64,000 nt of DNA from a bacterium. GTDB taxonomy: Bacteria; Krumholzibacteriota; Krumholzibacteriia; LZORAL124-64-63. Position 1 is the first letter of the stretch; each line of letters starts with the position of its first letter. The translations under genes and the position numbers were made by a program. The notes under the pieces were generated by a model. It did not search any database, was not told the DNA's origin, and saw only the letters and a list, made by a program, of their open reading frames with translations. Below, one piece after another: positions 53,211 through 62,328 of this stretch. The stretch is from the NCBI GenBank assembly GCA_016703265.1, contig JADJCK010000001.1, forward strand, positions 389,141 to 453,140. The letters are read 5' to 3'.

Positions 53211-53250
53211 CCGGGTGGAATTCCAGCCCGGTGGAATTCCAGCCGGGCGG
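53211..53250. repeat. two tandem 17-bp repeats CCGGGTGGAATTCCAGC, each containing the palindrome CTGGAATTCCAG, between the convergent pbp1A and deoA genes
   Basis: Read directly: tag-ccgggtggaattccagc-ccggtggaattccagc-cgggcgg. A further 9-bp hairpin (cgggcggct/agccgcccg) follows, overlapping the deoA stop. Confidence 0.7.
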
Positions 53251-54564
53251 CTATTCGAGCCGCCCGAGGATGAGCGGACGCGTCGCCGCCGGTTCCCGGC
53301 CGACGGTCATGGCCGCGCCCAGGCGCGCCACCGCCGTCTCCGCCCTGGCGCGATCACGGCAGGACACGCGCACCAGCGGCTGCCCGCGCGTGACGGCCTC
53401 GCCCACGCGCACCAGGTAGTCCATCCCCGCCGACAGGTCGAGCTTGTCTTCCACGCGGCGGCGCGCGGCGCCGAGGTCGGCGAGGGCCAGGCCCATCTGG
53501 CGGCAGTCGACGGTCGCCAGCCAGCCGTCGTGAGGCGCCAGCAGCTCGTTCGCGGCCGGCGCGCAGTCGAGCCCGAAGTCGTCACGACCCGGCTCCAAGC
53601 GCCCGCCCTGGGCGACGACCCAGTCCAGCAGCACCGCCAGGGCGCGCCCGCTGTCCCACGCCGCGCGCACGCGGGCCATTGCCGCCTCGGGCGTGGCCTC
53701 GACCCCGGCCACACGCACCATGTCCGCGGTGAGTTCCTCGGTCAGCATCACCAGGTCGGCCGGCGCCGCCTGGCGGCCGCCCGGGCGCAGCGCCGCAAAG
53801 GCCTCGAGCGTCTCGTTCGCATGGCCGATGGCCACACCGAGCGGCTGGTCCATGTCCGAGAACACGACCGCCATCTTCCGCCCGTAGCTGCGACCGACCG
53901 CAACCAGCGCCGTGGCCAGTTCGCGGGCCTGCTCGATGTCGCGCATGAACGCGCCCGAGCCCGTCTTGAGGTCGATGACGATGGCCGGGCCGGCGGCCAG
54001 CTTCTTGGACATGATCGAGGCCGTGATCAGCGGCACGCAGTCGACGGTGCCGGTGACGTCGCGCAAAGCGTAGATCCGACCGTCGGCCGGGGCGATCGTC
54101 GGACCCTGCCCGATGATGGCGCAGCCCACCTTTTCGACGATGTCCAGGAACTGCGTGTTGCCGAGGCGGATGTCGTAGCCCGGGATGGCCTCCAGCTTGT
54201 CCAGGGTGCCACCGGTATGGCCCAGGCCACGTCCCGACAGCATGGGCACCTTGAGCCCGCAGGCGGCCGCCAGGGGCGCCAGGAGAAGGCTCACCTTGTC
54301 CCCCACGCCGCCGGTGGAATGCTTGTCCGCCGTGGGCCCCGACAGGCGCGCCGTGTCCAGCTGTTCCCCCGAGCGCAACATGGCGCCGGTCAGGTCGGCC
54401 GTTTCCTGCGGCGTCATGCCGCGGAACCACGTGGCCATCAGGAACGCCGCCATCTGGTATTCCGGCACCGCACCGGAAGTGAACCCGGCGATCAGCCCGT
54501 CGATGTCGGCCGCCGCCAGTTCGCGCCCGCGCTTCTTGGCCTCGATGATGTCCAGTGCGTTCAT
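53251..54564 (-). CDS. deoA: thymidine/pyrimidine-nucleoside phosphorylase
   Basis: 437 aa protein from MNALDIIEAKKRGREL; the motif TGGVGDKVSL is present. ATGA overlap with the cdd stop. Confidence 0.85.
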   Translation of the reverse strand: MNALDIIEAKKRGRELAAADIDGLIAGFTSGAVPEYQMAAFLMATWFRGMTPQETADLTGAMLRSGEQLDTARLSGPTADKHSTGGVGDKVSLLLAPLAAACGLKVPMLSGRGLGHTGGTLDKLEAIPGYDIRLGNTQFLDIVEKVGCAIIGQGPTIAPADGRIYALRDVTGTVDCVPLITASIMSKKLAAGPAIVIDLKTGSGAFMRDIEQARELATALVAVGRSYGRKMAVVFSDMDQPLGVAIGHANETLEAFAALRPGGRQAAPADLVMLTEELTADMVRVAGVEATPEAAMARVRAAWDSGRALAVLLDWVVAQGGRLEPGRDDFGLDCAPAANELLAPHDGWLATVDCRQMGLALADLGAARRRVEDKLDLSAGMDYLVRVGEAVTRGQPLVRVSCRDRARAETAVARLGAAMTVGREPAATRPLILGRLE

Positions 54565-54995
54565 CGCTTCCCGTCCCGTTCGTCGGCCAGGTTCGCGCTG
54601 AAATCGATGAAGGCCAGCGGCAGCAGCTCGCCGGCCGTGGACGTGTTCACGGGCCCGGCGGCGCCGCGGTTGCCCGCCATCAGCACCACGAGGTCGCCGC
54701 CGAATTCCAGCAGCACCTGCCGACAGGCGCCGCACGGCGGCGTCGGCTCGCTGCCGTCGGCGCAGATGGCGATGGCCTCGAACGCCTGCTCGCCGTCGGC
54801 GATGGCGCGGCAGACGGCCGCCCGCTCCGCGCAGATCGACAGCCCGAAGCTGGCGTTCTCCACGTTGGTACCGAGATAGATGGTGCCGCTGCGCCCGAGC
54901 AACGCGGCCCCCACGCGGAACCGCGAGTAGGGCGAGGAGCTGCGCAGGCGCTGTTCGCAGGCAGCCTCGACAAGCTGGCGATGCCGTTCGTTCAT
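54561..54995 (-). CDS. cdd: cytidine deaminase
   Basis: 144 aa protein with zinc-binding motifs CAERAA and PCGACRQ. It is embedded at the C-terminus of a spurious 660-aa ORF. ATGA overlaps on both sides. Confidence 0.85.
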   Translation of the reverse strand: MNERHRQLVEAACEQRLRSSSPYSRFRVGAALLGRSGTIYLGTNVENASFGLSICAERAAVCRAIADGEQAFEAIAICADGSEPTPPCGACRQVLLEFGGDLVVLMAGNRGAAGPVNTSTAGELLPLAFIDFSANLADERDGKR

Positions 54996-56176
54996 GCGGT
55001 ACCCCGCTGGTTCAGGCGGGCCAGGAAGCTGGACCCGCGACGCGGCGGCGGCGCGCCGAAGAAGTCGGCGATCGTGGCCGCGACATCCATGAAGCCCTGG
55101 AGCGTGCCCAGGTCCGTGCCGCGTTCGAGGCCGCCCAGGCAGGCCAGCAGCGGCACCATCTCGCGCGAGTGGTCGGTGCTGGGCGTGGTCGGGTCGTTGC
55201 CGTGGTCGGCCGTCATCAGCAGCAGGTCGCCCGCGCGCAGGCGCGGCAGGAAGCCGCCCAGCCAGCGGTCGAACTGTTCCAGACCGCCGCGCATGCCCTG
55301 CGGGTCGTTGCGATGGCCCCAGAGCATGTCGAAGTCGACCAGGTTGAGCAGGATGAGCGTACCGTCGGCAGCGGCGCCGTAGACTTCGTCCAGCTTCGCC
55401 ATGCCCTCGGCGTTGTTCCTCGAGGGATGCGTGCGGTCGATGCCCATGCCGGCATAGAGATCGTAGATCTTGCCGATCGAGTCCACGCGCACGCCCGCCT
55501 GCTGCAACGCGGGCAGGAGCAGTTCCTTCGGCGGCAGCACCGAGTAGTCGTGGCGCTGGGGCGTGCGCGCGTAGGCGCCGCTCGGCCCGCGGAACGGCCG
55601 CGCGATGACGCGACTGACCTGGTGCGGCGGCTGCAGCATCTCGCGGGCGATCGCGCAGACGCGATACAGCTCGTCGATATCGCAGACCTCGTCGTGGGCC
55701 GCGATCTGGAACACGCTGTCGGCCGAGGTGTACACGATCAGTTTGCGGGTGGCGCGGTGTTCGTCGCCCAGTTCCTCGATGATCGCGGTGCCGCTGGCCG
55801 CCTTGTTGCCGATGACGCCGTAGCCGGTGCGGCGCGTGAACTCGGCGAGCAGGTCGGCCGGAAAACCGTTCGGATAGGTCGGAAACGGTTCTTCGGTGAC
55901 GACGCCCATCAGCTCCCAGTGGCCGGTGGTAGAGTCCTTGCCCGCCGAGATCTCGACGAGGCGACCGTAGCCCGCGCGCGGAGCGGCGACCGGCGTCACG
56001 CCCTGGATGGCGTGCAGGTTGCCCAGGCCCAGCGAGGCCAGGTTGGGCACCGTCAGCCCGCCCACGGCCGCCGCCATGTTCGCCAGCGTGTCGCTGCCCG
56101 TGTCGCCGTAGGAGGCGGCGTCGGGGGCGCCGCCGACACCCAGGCCGTCCAGGACGATGAGAATGGCCCTTGCCAT
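54992..56176 (-). CDS. deoB: phosphopentomutase
   Basis: 394 aa alkaline-phosphatase-superfamily protein (MARAILIVLDGLGVGG...TADHGNDPT). Confidence 0.85.
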   Translation of the reverse strand: MARAILIVLDGLGVGGAPDAASYGDTGSDTLANMAAAVGGLTVPNLASLGLGNLHAIQGVTPVAAPRAGYGRLVEISAGKDSTTGHWELMGVVTEEPFPTYPNGFPADLLAEFTRRTGYGVIGNKAASGTAIIEELGDEHRATRKLIVYTSADSVFQIAAHDEVCDIDELYRVCAIAREMLQPPHQVSRVIARPFRGPSGAYARTPQRHDYSVLPPKELLLPALQQAGVRVDSIGKIYDLYAGMGIDRTHPSRNNAEGMAKLDEVYGAAADGTLILLNLVDFDMLWGHRNDPQGMRGGLEQFDRWLGGFLPRLRAGDLLLMTADHGNDPTTPSTDHSREMVPLLACLGGLERGTDLGTLQGFMDVAATIADFFGAPPPRRGSSFLARLNQRGTA

Positions 56177-56195
56177 GCGGACTCTCCTTCACCAA

Positions 56196-56224
56196 GAATA
56201 CCGCGTGTTCGAATATCGCGTGTT
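56196..56224. promoter_or_regulatory. tandem 14-bp direct repeat GAATA(C/T)CGCGTGTT x2 (15-bp period) 20-48 nt upstream of the deoB start codon. Candidate operator.
   Basis: Read directly: gaataccgcgtgtt c gaatatcgcgtgtt. It lies in the divergent deoB/rarA intergenic region. Confidence 0.4.
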
Positions 56225-56329
56225 GCGGATTCAGGTTAACGGCGCCATGGGGCCTCGTCAACCCGGCTTCGCCTTGGCTGGCAGCAACTTCGGGCGCCTG
56301 GCGCGCCCTGCAGGGATGTGGCGGCAGGC

Positions 56330-57772
56330 ATGAGCGGCGACCTGTTCGGCGGCGGTGAAGACGGCACGGCACCCGGCCCGCGGGCCGAGGCGGCCAACGG
56401 GGCGCTGGCCCCGCTGGCCGACCGCATGCGCCCGCGTACGCTGGACGAGGTGGTCGGCCAGGTCCACCTGATCGGGCCCGACGGACCGCTGCGCCGCCTG
56501 CTGCAGGCCGGCAACCTGCCCTCGCTGCTGCTGTGGGGCCCACCCGGCTGCGGCAAGACCACGCTGGCCCGACTGGTCGCCGGCCTGGGCGGCGCGCGCT
56601 TCCTCGAGTACAGCGCGGTGGCCGTCGGCTCGCGCGAACTGAAGGAAGTGATGGCCGAGGCGGGACGCCTGCAGCGCGCCACCGGCCGCCGCACCATCCT
56701 CTTCCTCGACGAGATCCACCGCTTCAACAAGGCCCAGCAGGACGCGCTGCTGCCGTGGGTCGAGCGCGGCGACGTCACCCTGATCGGCGCCACCACCGAG
56801 AACCCCTCGTTCGAGGTGAACAGTGCGCTCATCTCGCGCACGCGGCTGTTCGTGCTGGCACCGCTCTCGGTGGAGGATGTCGGCCGCCTGTTGCGCCGCG
56901 CCGCCGCCGCGCCGCAGGGACTGGACGGACGCCCCGCCTTCGCCGACGAGGCTCTCGACCTGCTCGCCCGCCTGAGCGAGGGCGATGCCCGCGCCGCACT
57001 CGGCCTGCTCGAGAGCGTGGCCGCGGCCGCCGGCGACGAGGGCGCTGAGGCGCCGCTCGACGCAGCCGCCGTCACGCGCCTGGTGCAGACGCGCGCCGCC
57101 CGCTACGACAAGGCCGGCGAGGAGCACTTCAACATCATCTCGGCGCTGCACAAGAGCATGCGCAACAGCGACCCGCAGGCGGCCGTGTACTGGCTGGCGC
57201 GCATGCTCGAGAGCGGCGAGGATCCCCTCTACGTGGCGCGGCGCCTGGTGCGCTTCGCCAGCGAGGACGTCGGCCTGGCCGACCCCGACGCCCTGGTGCG
57301 CACCATTGCCGCGCGTGACGCCGCCCACCAGCTGGGCATGCCCGAGGGTGCACTGGCCCTGGCGCAGGCCGCGGTTTACCTGGCGCTGGCGCCCAAGAGC
57401 AATGCACTGTACCGCGCGTACAGTGCCGCGGCGGCCGAAGTGGCCGGCGGCACCAATCCCCCGGTGCCGCTACACCTGCGCAATGCGCCGACCCGCCTGA
57501 TGAAAGAAGTGGGCTACGGCGACGGCTATGTGTACGCTCACGACCTGCCGGAAGGGCTGGGCGAGATGACCTGCCTGCCCGACGAGCTGGCCGGCACCGC
57601 TTTCTACCAGCCGGGCCGCCGCGGCTTCGAGGCCGAACTGGCGGGCCGCATCGAGCAGATCAGGCTATGGCACGAACGCCGGCGCAGGCGCGCTGCCGGC
57701 GAGGAAACAACGGACGACGACCGCACCGGCAACGGACGGCCGGCAACAGGCAATCCAGGAGGCGACGGATGA
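56330..57772 (+). CDS. rarA: replication-associated recombination protein A (AAA+ ATPase RarA/MgsA)
   Basis: Walker [12 protein letters not shown], Walker [11 protein letters not shown], and the C-terminal MgsA helical domain. The internal ATG at 56330 was chosen. Confidence 0.85.
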   Translation: MSGDLFGGGEDGTAPGPRAEAANGALAPLADRMRPRTLDEVVGQVHLIGPDGPLRRLLQAGNLPSLLLWGPPGCGKTTLARLVAGLGGARFLEYSAVAVGSRELKEVMAEAGRLQRATGRRTILFLDEIHRFNKAQQDALLPWVERGDVTLIGATTENPSFEVNSALISRTRLFVLAPLSVEDVGRLLRRAAAAPQGLDGRPAFADEALDLLARLSEGDARAALGLLESVAAAAGDEGAEAPLDAAAVTRLVQTRAARYDKAGEEHFNIISALHKSMRNSDPQAAVYWLARMLESGEDPLYVARRLVRFASEDVGLADPDALVRTIAARDAAHQLGMPEGALALAQAAVYLALAPKSNALYRAYSAAAAEVAGGTNPPVPLHLRNAPTRLMKEVGYGDGYVYAHDLPEGLGEMTCLPDELAGTAFYQPGRRGFEAELAGRIEQIRLWHERRRRRAAGEETTDDDRTGNGRPATGNPGGDG

Positions 57773-58728
57773 AGAGGATCGGAGTGCTGACCGGCGGTGG
57801 CGACGCGGCGGGCATGAACGCCGCACTGCGCGCGGTCGTACGCACGGCCTGGCGCCACGGCGCCGAAGTCATCGGCATCAACAAGGGCTGGCTCGGCCTG
57901 GCCGAGGGCACGTACCAGACGATGTCGCCGGGCTCGGTCAGCGGGATCCTGCAGAAGGGCGGCACCATCCTGCGCACCTTCCGCTATCCCCAGTTCGCCA
58001 CTGCCGAAGGTGCGGCTCCGGTCGGGCGGACGCTGAAGAAGCTGAAGCTCGACGGCATGGTCATCATCGGCGGCGACGGCAGCTTCCGCGGCGGCACCAA
58101 GCTCGAGAAGGAATTCGGCATACCCTGCATCGGCGTGCCGGCGACCATCGACAATGACATTCCCGGCACCGACTACAGCATCGGCTTCGACACGGCGCTG
58201 AACATCGCCATCGATGCCGTGGACAAGGTGCGGGACACCGCCACCAGCCACGGGCGCATCTTCGTCATCGAGGTGATGGGACGCGAGTACGGCCTGCTGG
58301 CGGCGCAGACGGCCATCGCCACCGGCGCCGAGGAAGTGCTCCTGCCCGAGGTGCCGTGGAAGATCGACGAGGTGTGCAGCCGCATTGCCGACGGCTACTC
58401 GCGGGGCAAGCACCATGCGCTGATCATCGTGGCCGAGGGCGCGGGCAAGGCCTCGTACGTGTCGTTCGAGATCAAGGCGCGGCTGAACCGCGACGTGCGC
58501 ATGGTCGTGCTGGGACACGTGCAGCGCGGCGGCGCGCCGTCGGGCTTCGACCGCATCCTGGCCAGCCGGCTGGGCCACCACGCGGCCGAATCGCTGTTCG
58601 AGGGCCAGCACGGCATCATGGTGGGTGTCGTGTCCAACAAGATCCAGACCAGCCCGCTCGAGAAGAAGAGCAAGGCGGCGGCCAAGGCCGTACTCAAGGA
58701 CGCGCGCCTGATGGAGCTTCTGGTCTGA
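57769..58728 (+). CDS. pfkA: ATP-dependent 6-phosphofructokinase
   Basis: [19 protein letters not shown]...IGGDGS...[23 protein letters not shown]. The ATG overlaps the rarA TGA (ATGA). An intrinsic terminator follows at 58757-58796. Confidence 0.9.
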   Translation: MKRIGVLTGGGDAAGMNAALRAVVRTAWRHGAEVIGINKGWLGLAEGTYQTMSPGSVSGILQKGGTILRTFRYPQFATAEGAAPVGRTLKKLKLDGMVIIGGDGSFRGGTKLEKEFGIPCIGVPATIDNDIPGTDYSIGFDTALNIAIDAVDKVRDTATSHGRIFVIEVMGREYGLLAAQTAIATGAEEVLLPEVPWKIDEVCSRIADGYSRGKHHALIIVAEGAGKASYVSFEIKARLNRDVRMVVLGHVQRGGAPSGFDRILASRLGHHAAESLFEGQHGIMVGVVSNKIQTSPLEKKSKAAAKAVLKDARLMELLV

Positions 58729-58756
58729 TCAGGCGCTCCGGCCAGGACGGCAAAAG

Positions 58757-58796
58757 GAAGCGGGCTCTCCACAGGGAAAGCCCGCTTCGCTTTTCA
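58757..58796 (+). terminator. intrinsic terminator downstream of pfkA
   Basis: GAAGCGGGCT-ctccacaggga-AGCCCGCTTC followed by GCTTTTCATT. Confidence 0.7.
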
Positions 58797-58843
58797 TTCC
58801 GACGCTTATCGCGACCGCGGTGACCGGGCCCGCGCGGCGGCGA

Positions 58844-59737
58844 CTAGCGGTCCTTGTTGTCGAAGCCTTCGACGAACGCGTTGGCGTACTGGAACCAGTC
58901 GATGCGCACCTTGCCCACCACATGGCCGAGGCCCGGGTGCTCGACGCGGCGCTTGGTCCACTCGTCCTCGAGCGAAATCAGCGTGAAGGCGCCGATCACC
59001 GGCAGGTCCTTGTCCTTCAGCAGGTGCAGCATCCACTCGGCGCCGTCGGTCAGCTGGACGACCTCGAGCGAGCTCGTGTCGCCGATCAGGTACCAGGCGT
59101 AGTCCTCGGGCGACGGCGTGGCGCCGGCGGCGAGGTCGTGGCGCGGACGGTACGCGAAGTTCGCGAAGGCGCTCTTCACGGTCCGCAGGGGATCGGTTTC
59201 CTTCTCGGGCAGGAAGGTGCTGCGGGCCTCGTCGATCTCGCCGACCTTGAAGCCGATCTCCGGCAGCGGGGCGCCGGGCACGTTCTGGTCGATGGCGCCG
59301 GCGCGCACCAGGCGCGGCAGCGTGTAGTGCGCGGGGCGGCGCAGGGTCGTCGTGTCGGCCTCGACCACGCCGTTGCGCTTGATGCGCTCGAGCACCAGGT
59401 GCGTCGGCTGCGGCGAGAACGTCTTGCGGACGCCGAGCATGGCGCCGGCCAGGCGCTGGTAGTTGCCCTCGAGGCCTTCTGCGACGAAGAACTCGAGGAT
59501 GTTGCCGTCGCGAATGATGCCGGTGTTGCCCCGCACATACTCGAACGTCGGCGCGTCGATCTCGAAGCGGAAATTGACGCTCAGCGTGTCGCCACGCGTG
59601 ACTGCGCGCAGAGAATCGTACACGTAGGGATCGACGACTTCCTTCTTGCTGCACCCGGCCAGGCCGAACAGGGTGACGGCCAGCACGACCATCAGCAGGA
59701 TCGTGACCCGGCGACGCGAGGACGTGACACCGAACAT
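58844..59737 (-). CDS. lipoprotein of unknown function
   Basis: 297 aa protein with a signal peptide and lipobox (LFGLAGCS). No recognised domain. Confidence 0.6.
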   Translation of the reverse strand: MFGVTSSRRRVTILLMVVLAVTLFGLAGCSKKEVVDPYVYDSLRAVTRGDTLSVNFRFEIDAPTFEYVRGNTGIIRDGNILEFFVAEGLEGNYQRLAGAMLGVRKTFSPQPTHLVLERIKRNGVVEADTTTLRRPAHYTLPRLVRAGAIDQNVPGAPLPEIGFKVGEIDEARSTFLPEKETDPLRTVKSAFANFAYRPRHDLAAGATPSPEDYAWYLIGDTSSLEVVQLTDGAEWMLHLLKDKDLPVIGAFTLISLEDEWTKRRVEHPGLGHVVGKVRIDWFQYANAFVEGFDNKDR

Positions 59738-59891
59738 GAATCAACCTCCCTAAGGGTGATGGCAGGCCTTGCCGGTGGGTCGCAAGGCTAACAGGCGGCT
59801 CGCGGGCCGTGGCCGATCGGCGGCACAGCGCCGCCCGGCCGTGGCCGGCGAGACAGCCCTGATCACCGCGCCGGGTACATCCCGCGCCAGG

Positions 59892-59948
59892 TGACTGCCG
59901 CTCGCACTCGAGACTGCCGCTCGCACTCGAGACTGCCGCACGCACAAA
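59892..59948. repeat. 19-bp direct repeat GACTGCCGCTCGCACTCGA x2 plus a degenerate third copy
   Basis: Read directly within the 371-bp spacer between two minus-strand genes. Confidence 0.7.
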
Positions 59949-60108
59949 GCCGCCCGGCACATGCAATTGGCCGGAACGGCACGCGCCGTGTCCGGTCGCG
60001 CCGGGGTCTCCGCAGACCCCCGGCCGGGACCGTCCCGGCGGCTCCATGAAATTGGGGCAGATGGCGACAAAAAGCAAATCCAAACACCGGGGAACCCCTG
60101 CCCGCGCC

Positions 60109-60783
60109 TTACGTTCCCCGACCGTGGAGCCGGGGCAGGCGCCGGGCCACGGCCACCACCTCGCGCGGCCGCTCGCTGAGCCCCTCCCACAGGCCCTGGA
60201 ACGCCTCCCAGTGTCCCGGCATGAGCACGCCCCCGGTCGAGAACAGGCGGCTGAAGCGGCCCCGGCGCTCGGTCAGGGTGTAGCCCGGCAGTTCCCGGCG
60301 GGCCAGGCGGCCGTCGACGGTCACGGCCCAGCAGGCGGCGAAGGCCTCGGCCAGCAGGCCGGGCACGTCGAAGCTGCGCAGGCCGCCGCCGAGTACGTCA
60401 TGGCCCCAGAGCAGGTGGTGGTGCAGGAAGGCGTCGGCGCGTGCGCGGGAAAATGCGGCCGCCGTCAGCGGCTCCTCGTCGCGCGCTTGTCCGGGACTTT
60501 CCCAGACGGCCCGCGGCGGGTAGACCGTGCCGGTGGCCGGCCGCAGCGGCCCGAACACGTCGGGGTGGCAGTAGATGGACAGGCCGGGCGGCTCGCCGGC
60601 CGTGCCCCGCCGCAGGCGCAGCCAGGCATCCTCGGAGCCGGCCAGGTCGTCGGCACAGATCTCCAGCGCCGGCAGGAGCGGCTCGAGCGCCAGCGCGCCG
60701 AGCGCCTGCCGCGCGGCATCGTCCACCAGCCGGGCCACCGCCGGCTCGAGCCCCACGCAGGTGATGCGGGTCGAGCCGGTCAC
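60109..60783 (-). CDS. hypothetical protein (224 aa). Its start lies 4 nt downstream of the lyase gene stop, in an apparent operon.
   Basis: Open frame with typical codon bias for this genome. No motifs recognised. Confidence 0.5.
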   Translation of the reverse strand: MTGSTRITCVGLEPAVARLVDDAARQALGALALEPLLPALEICADDLAGSEDAWLRLRRGTAGEPPGLSIYCHPDVFGPLRPATGTVYPPRAVWESPGQARDEEPLTAAAFSRARADAFLHHHLLWGHDVLGGGLRSFDVPGLLAEAFAACWAVTVDGRLARRELPGYTLTERRGRFSRLFSTGGVLMPGHWEAFQGLWEGLSERPREVVAVARRLPRLHGRGT

Positions 60784-60787
60784 CGAC

Positions 60788-62188
60788 TCACGCCCCGCGC
60801 AGCAGCGGACCGCCGCCGACGGGCTGCAGCCGGGCCGTGAAGTGGCGCAACGAAGGCGGCTCCCACGTCACCTCGAGGCCGCACAGGCGCTCACCCAGGG
60901 CCATCACCTGTCCGCAGATGTCGGCCACATAGTCGAGCTGCGTGTGCGTGTAGACGCGTCGCGGCACGGCCAGGCGCACCAGTTCCATGGCCGGCGCCAC
61001 GAGCTTGCCCGTGTCCGGGTCGCGATGCTCGAACATGAGGCTGCCGATCTCCACCGCCCGCACGCCGCCCAACAGGTAGAGCGCGGCCGTGACGACCTGC
61101 GCGGGAAACTGCGACTGCGGCAGGTGCGGCAGCATGCGCCGCGCATCAAGGTAGACGGCATGACCGCCGGTGGGGCGCACGTACGGAACGCCCTGCTCGT
61201 CGAGTCGCTTGCCCAGGCGCGCCACCTGTCCGATACGGTAGGCCAGGTAGTCGGGGTCGAGAACCTCGCGCAGGCCCTGCGCCACCGCAGCGAGGTCGCG
61301 TCCCGCCAGCCCGCCGTAGGTGGGAAATCCCTCGCGCAGGATGAGCAGGTTCGTGGCCGACTGCGCCAGCGTGTCGTCGTCCAGGCAGAGGAAGCCGCCG
61401 ATGTTCACCAGCGCATCCTTCTTGGCGCTCATCGTGCAGCCGTTGCCCAGCGCGAACATCTCGCGGCAGATGTCCTTGATGGGCTTGTCGCGATAGCCGG
61501 CTTCGCGCTGCTGGATGAACCAGGCATTCTCCGCGAATCGGCAGGCGTCGAAGAACAGGGGCACGCGGTGCTCGCGGCAGAAGGCGCTGACGGCCTTCGC
61601 ATTCGCCATCGAGACGGGCTGCCCGCCGCCGCTGTTGTTGGTGATCGTGAGCATCACGAAGGGAATGCGCTCGCGGCCGTACTTGGCGAAGGCGGCGGCC
61701 AGCTTGTCCAGGCTCATGTCGCCCTTGAAGGGCGCCTCGAGTTCGGGATCGAGGCCGGCGTCGGCAACGCAGTCGAGGGCGATGCCGCCCACATGCTCGA
61801 CGTTGGCGCGGGTCGTGTCGAAGTGGATGTTATTGGGTACGACCTGGCCCGGCTGCACACCCACCGCGAACAGCAGGCCCTCGGCGGCGCGGCCCTGGTG
61901 CGTGGGAATCACGTGCTTGTAGCCGAAGATGTCGCGGATGGTGTTCTCGAAGTCGGCGTACGACTTGCTGCAGGCGTAGGCTTCGTCGCCCGTCATCATC
62001 GCCGCCCACTGCATGTCGCTCATGGCGCTGGTACCGCTGTCGGTCAGCAGGTCGACGTAGATGGCCGCCGACGGCACCTTGAAGACGTTGAATCCCGCCT
62101 CGACCAGCAGCCGTTCGCGTTCCTCGCGACTGACGCGCTGGATCTTCTCGACCACCTTGATGCGATACGGCTCGAACGCAAAGTCCAT
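60788..62188 (-). CDS. beta-eliminating lyase (tyrosine phenol-lyase / tryptophanase family, PLP-dependent)
   Basis: 466 aa protein from MDFAFEPYRIKVVEKI. Family motifs AMSDMQWAAMMTGDEAY, VIPTHQGRAAE, TITNNSGGGQPVSMAN, a PLP-Lys context SAKKD, and GGHAVYLDARR. The Arg/Gly-rich N-terminal extension of the ORF track was discarded. Confidence 0.8.
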   Translation of the reverse strand: MDFAFEPYRIKVVEKIQRVSREERERLLVEAGFNVFKVPSAAIYVDLLTDSGTSAMSDMQWAAMMTGDEAYACSKSYADFENTIRDIFGYKHVIPTHQGRAAEGLLFAVGVQPGQVVPNNIHFDTTRANVEHVGGIALDCVADAGLDPELEAPFKGDMSLDKLAAAFAKYGRERIPFVMLTITNNSGGGQPVSMANAKAVSAFCREHRVPLFFDACRFAENAWFIQQREAGYRDKPIKDICREMFALGNGCTMSAKKDALVNIGGFLCLDDDTLAQSATNLLILREGFPTYGGLAGRDLAAVAQGLREVLDPDYLAYRIGQVARLGKRLDEQGVPYVRPTGGHAVYLDARRMLPHLPQSQFPAQVVTAALYLLGGVRAVEIGSLMFEHRDPDTGKLVAPAMELVRLAVPRRVYTHTQLDYVADICGQVMALGERLCGLEVTWEPPSLRHFTARLQPVGGGPLLRGA

Positions 62189-62328
62189 GATCCGCTCCCG
62201 GGCTCGAGGCTCGCGTCGAAGCGCCGACTTCACGGCGCCGGCGCCGCGGGCTGGTCCGTCGGCGCCGGTACGAACATGGTCACTGCGAGCCCGCGGGACA
62301 AGGCGCCTGCGCCGTTCCGGCGGCAGGA

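Noticed and set aside
54561-56543. 660-aa minus-strand ORF
   Set aside because: It is an artefactual read-through. Only its last 144 codons (cdd) are real. The remainder overlaps deoB out of frame and is Arg/Pro/Gly-rich.
53211-59948. Short direct-repeat arrays (53211-53250, 56196-56224, 59892-59948) considered as CRISPR
   Set aside because: Each has only 2-3 copies, with no or very short spacers and no cas genes anywhere in the window. They are treated as regulatory or structural repeats.
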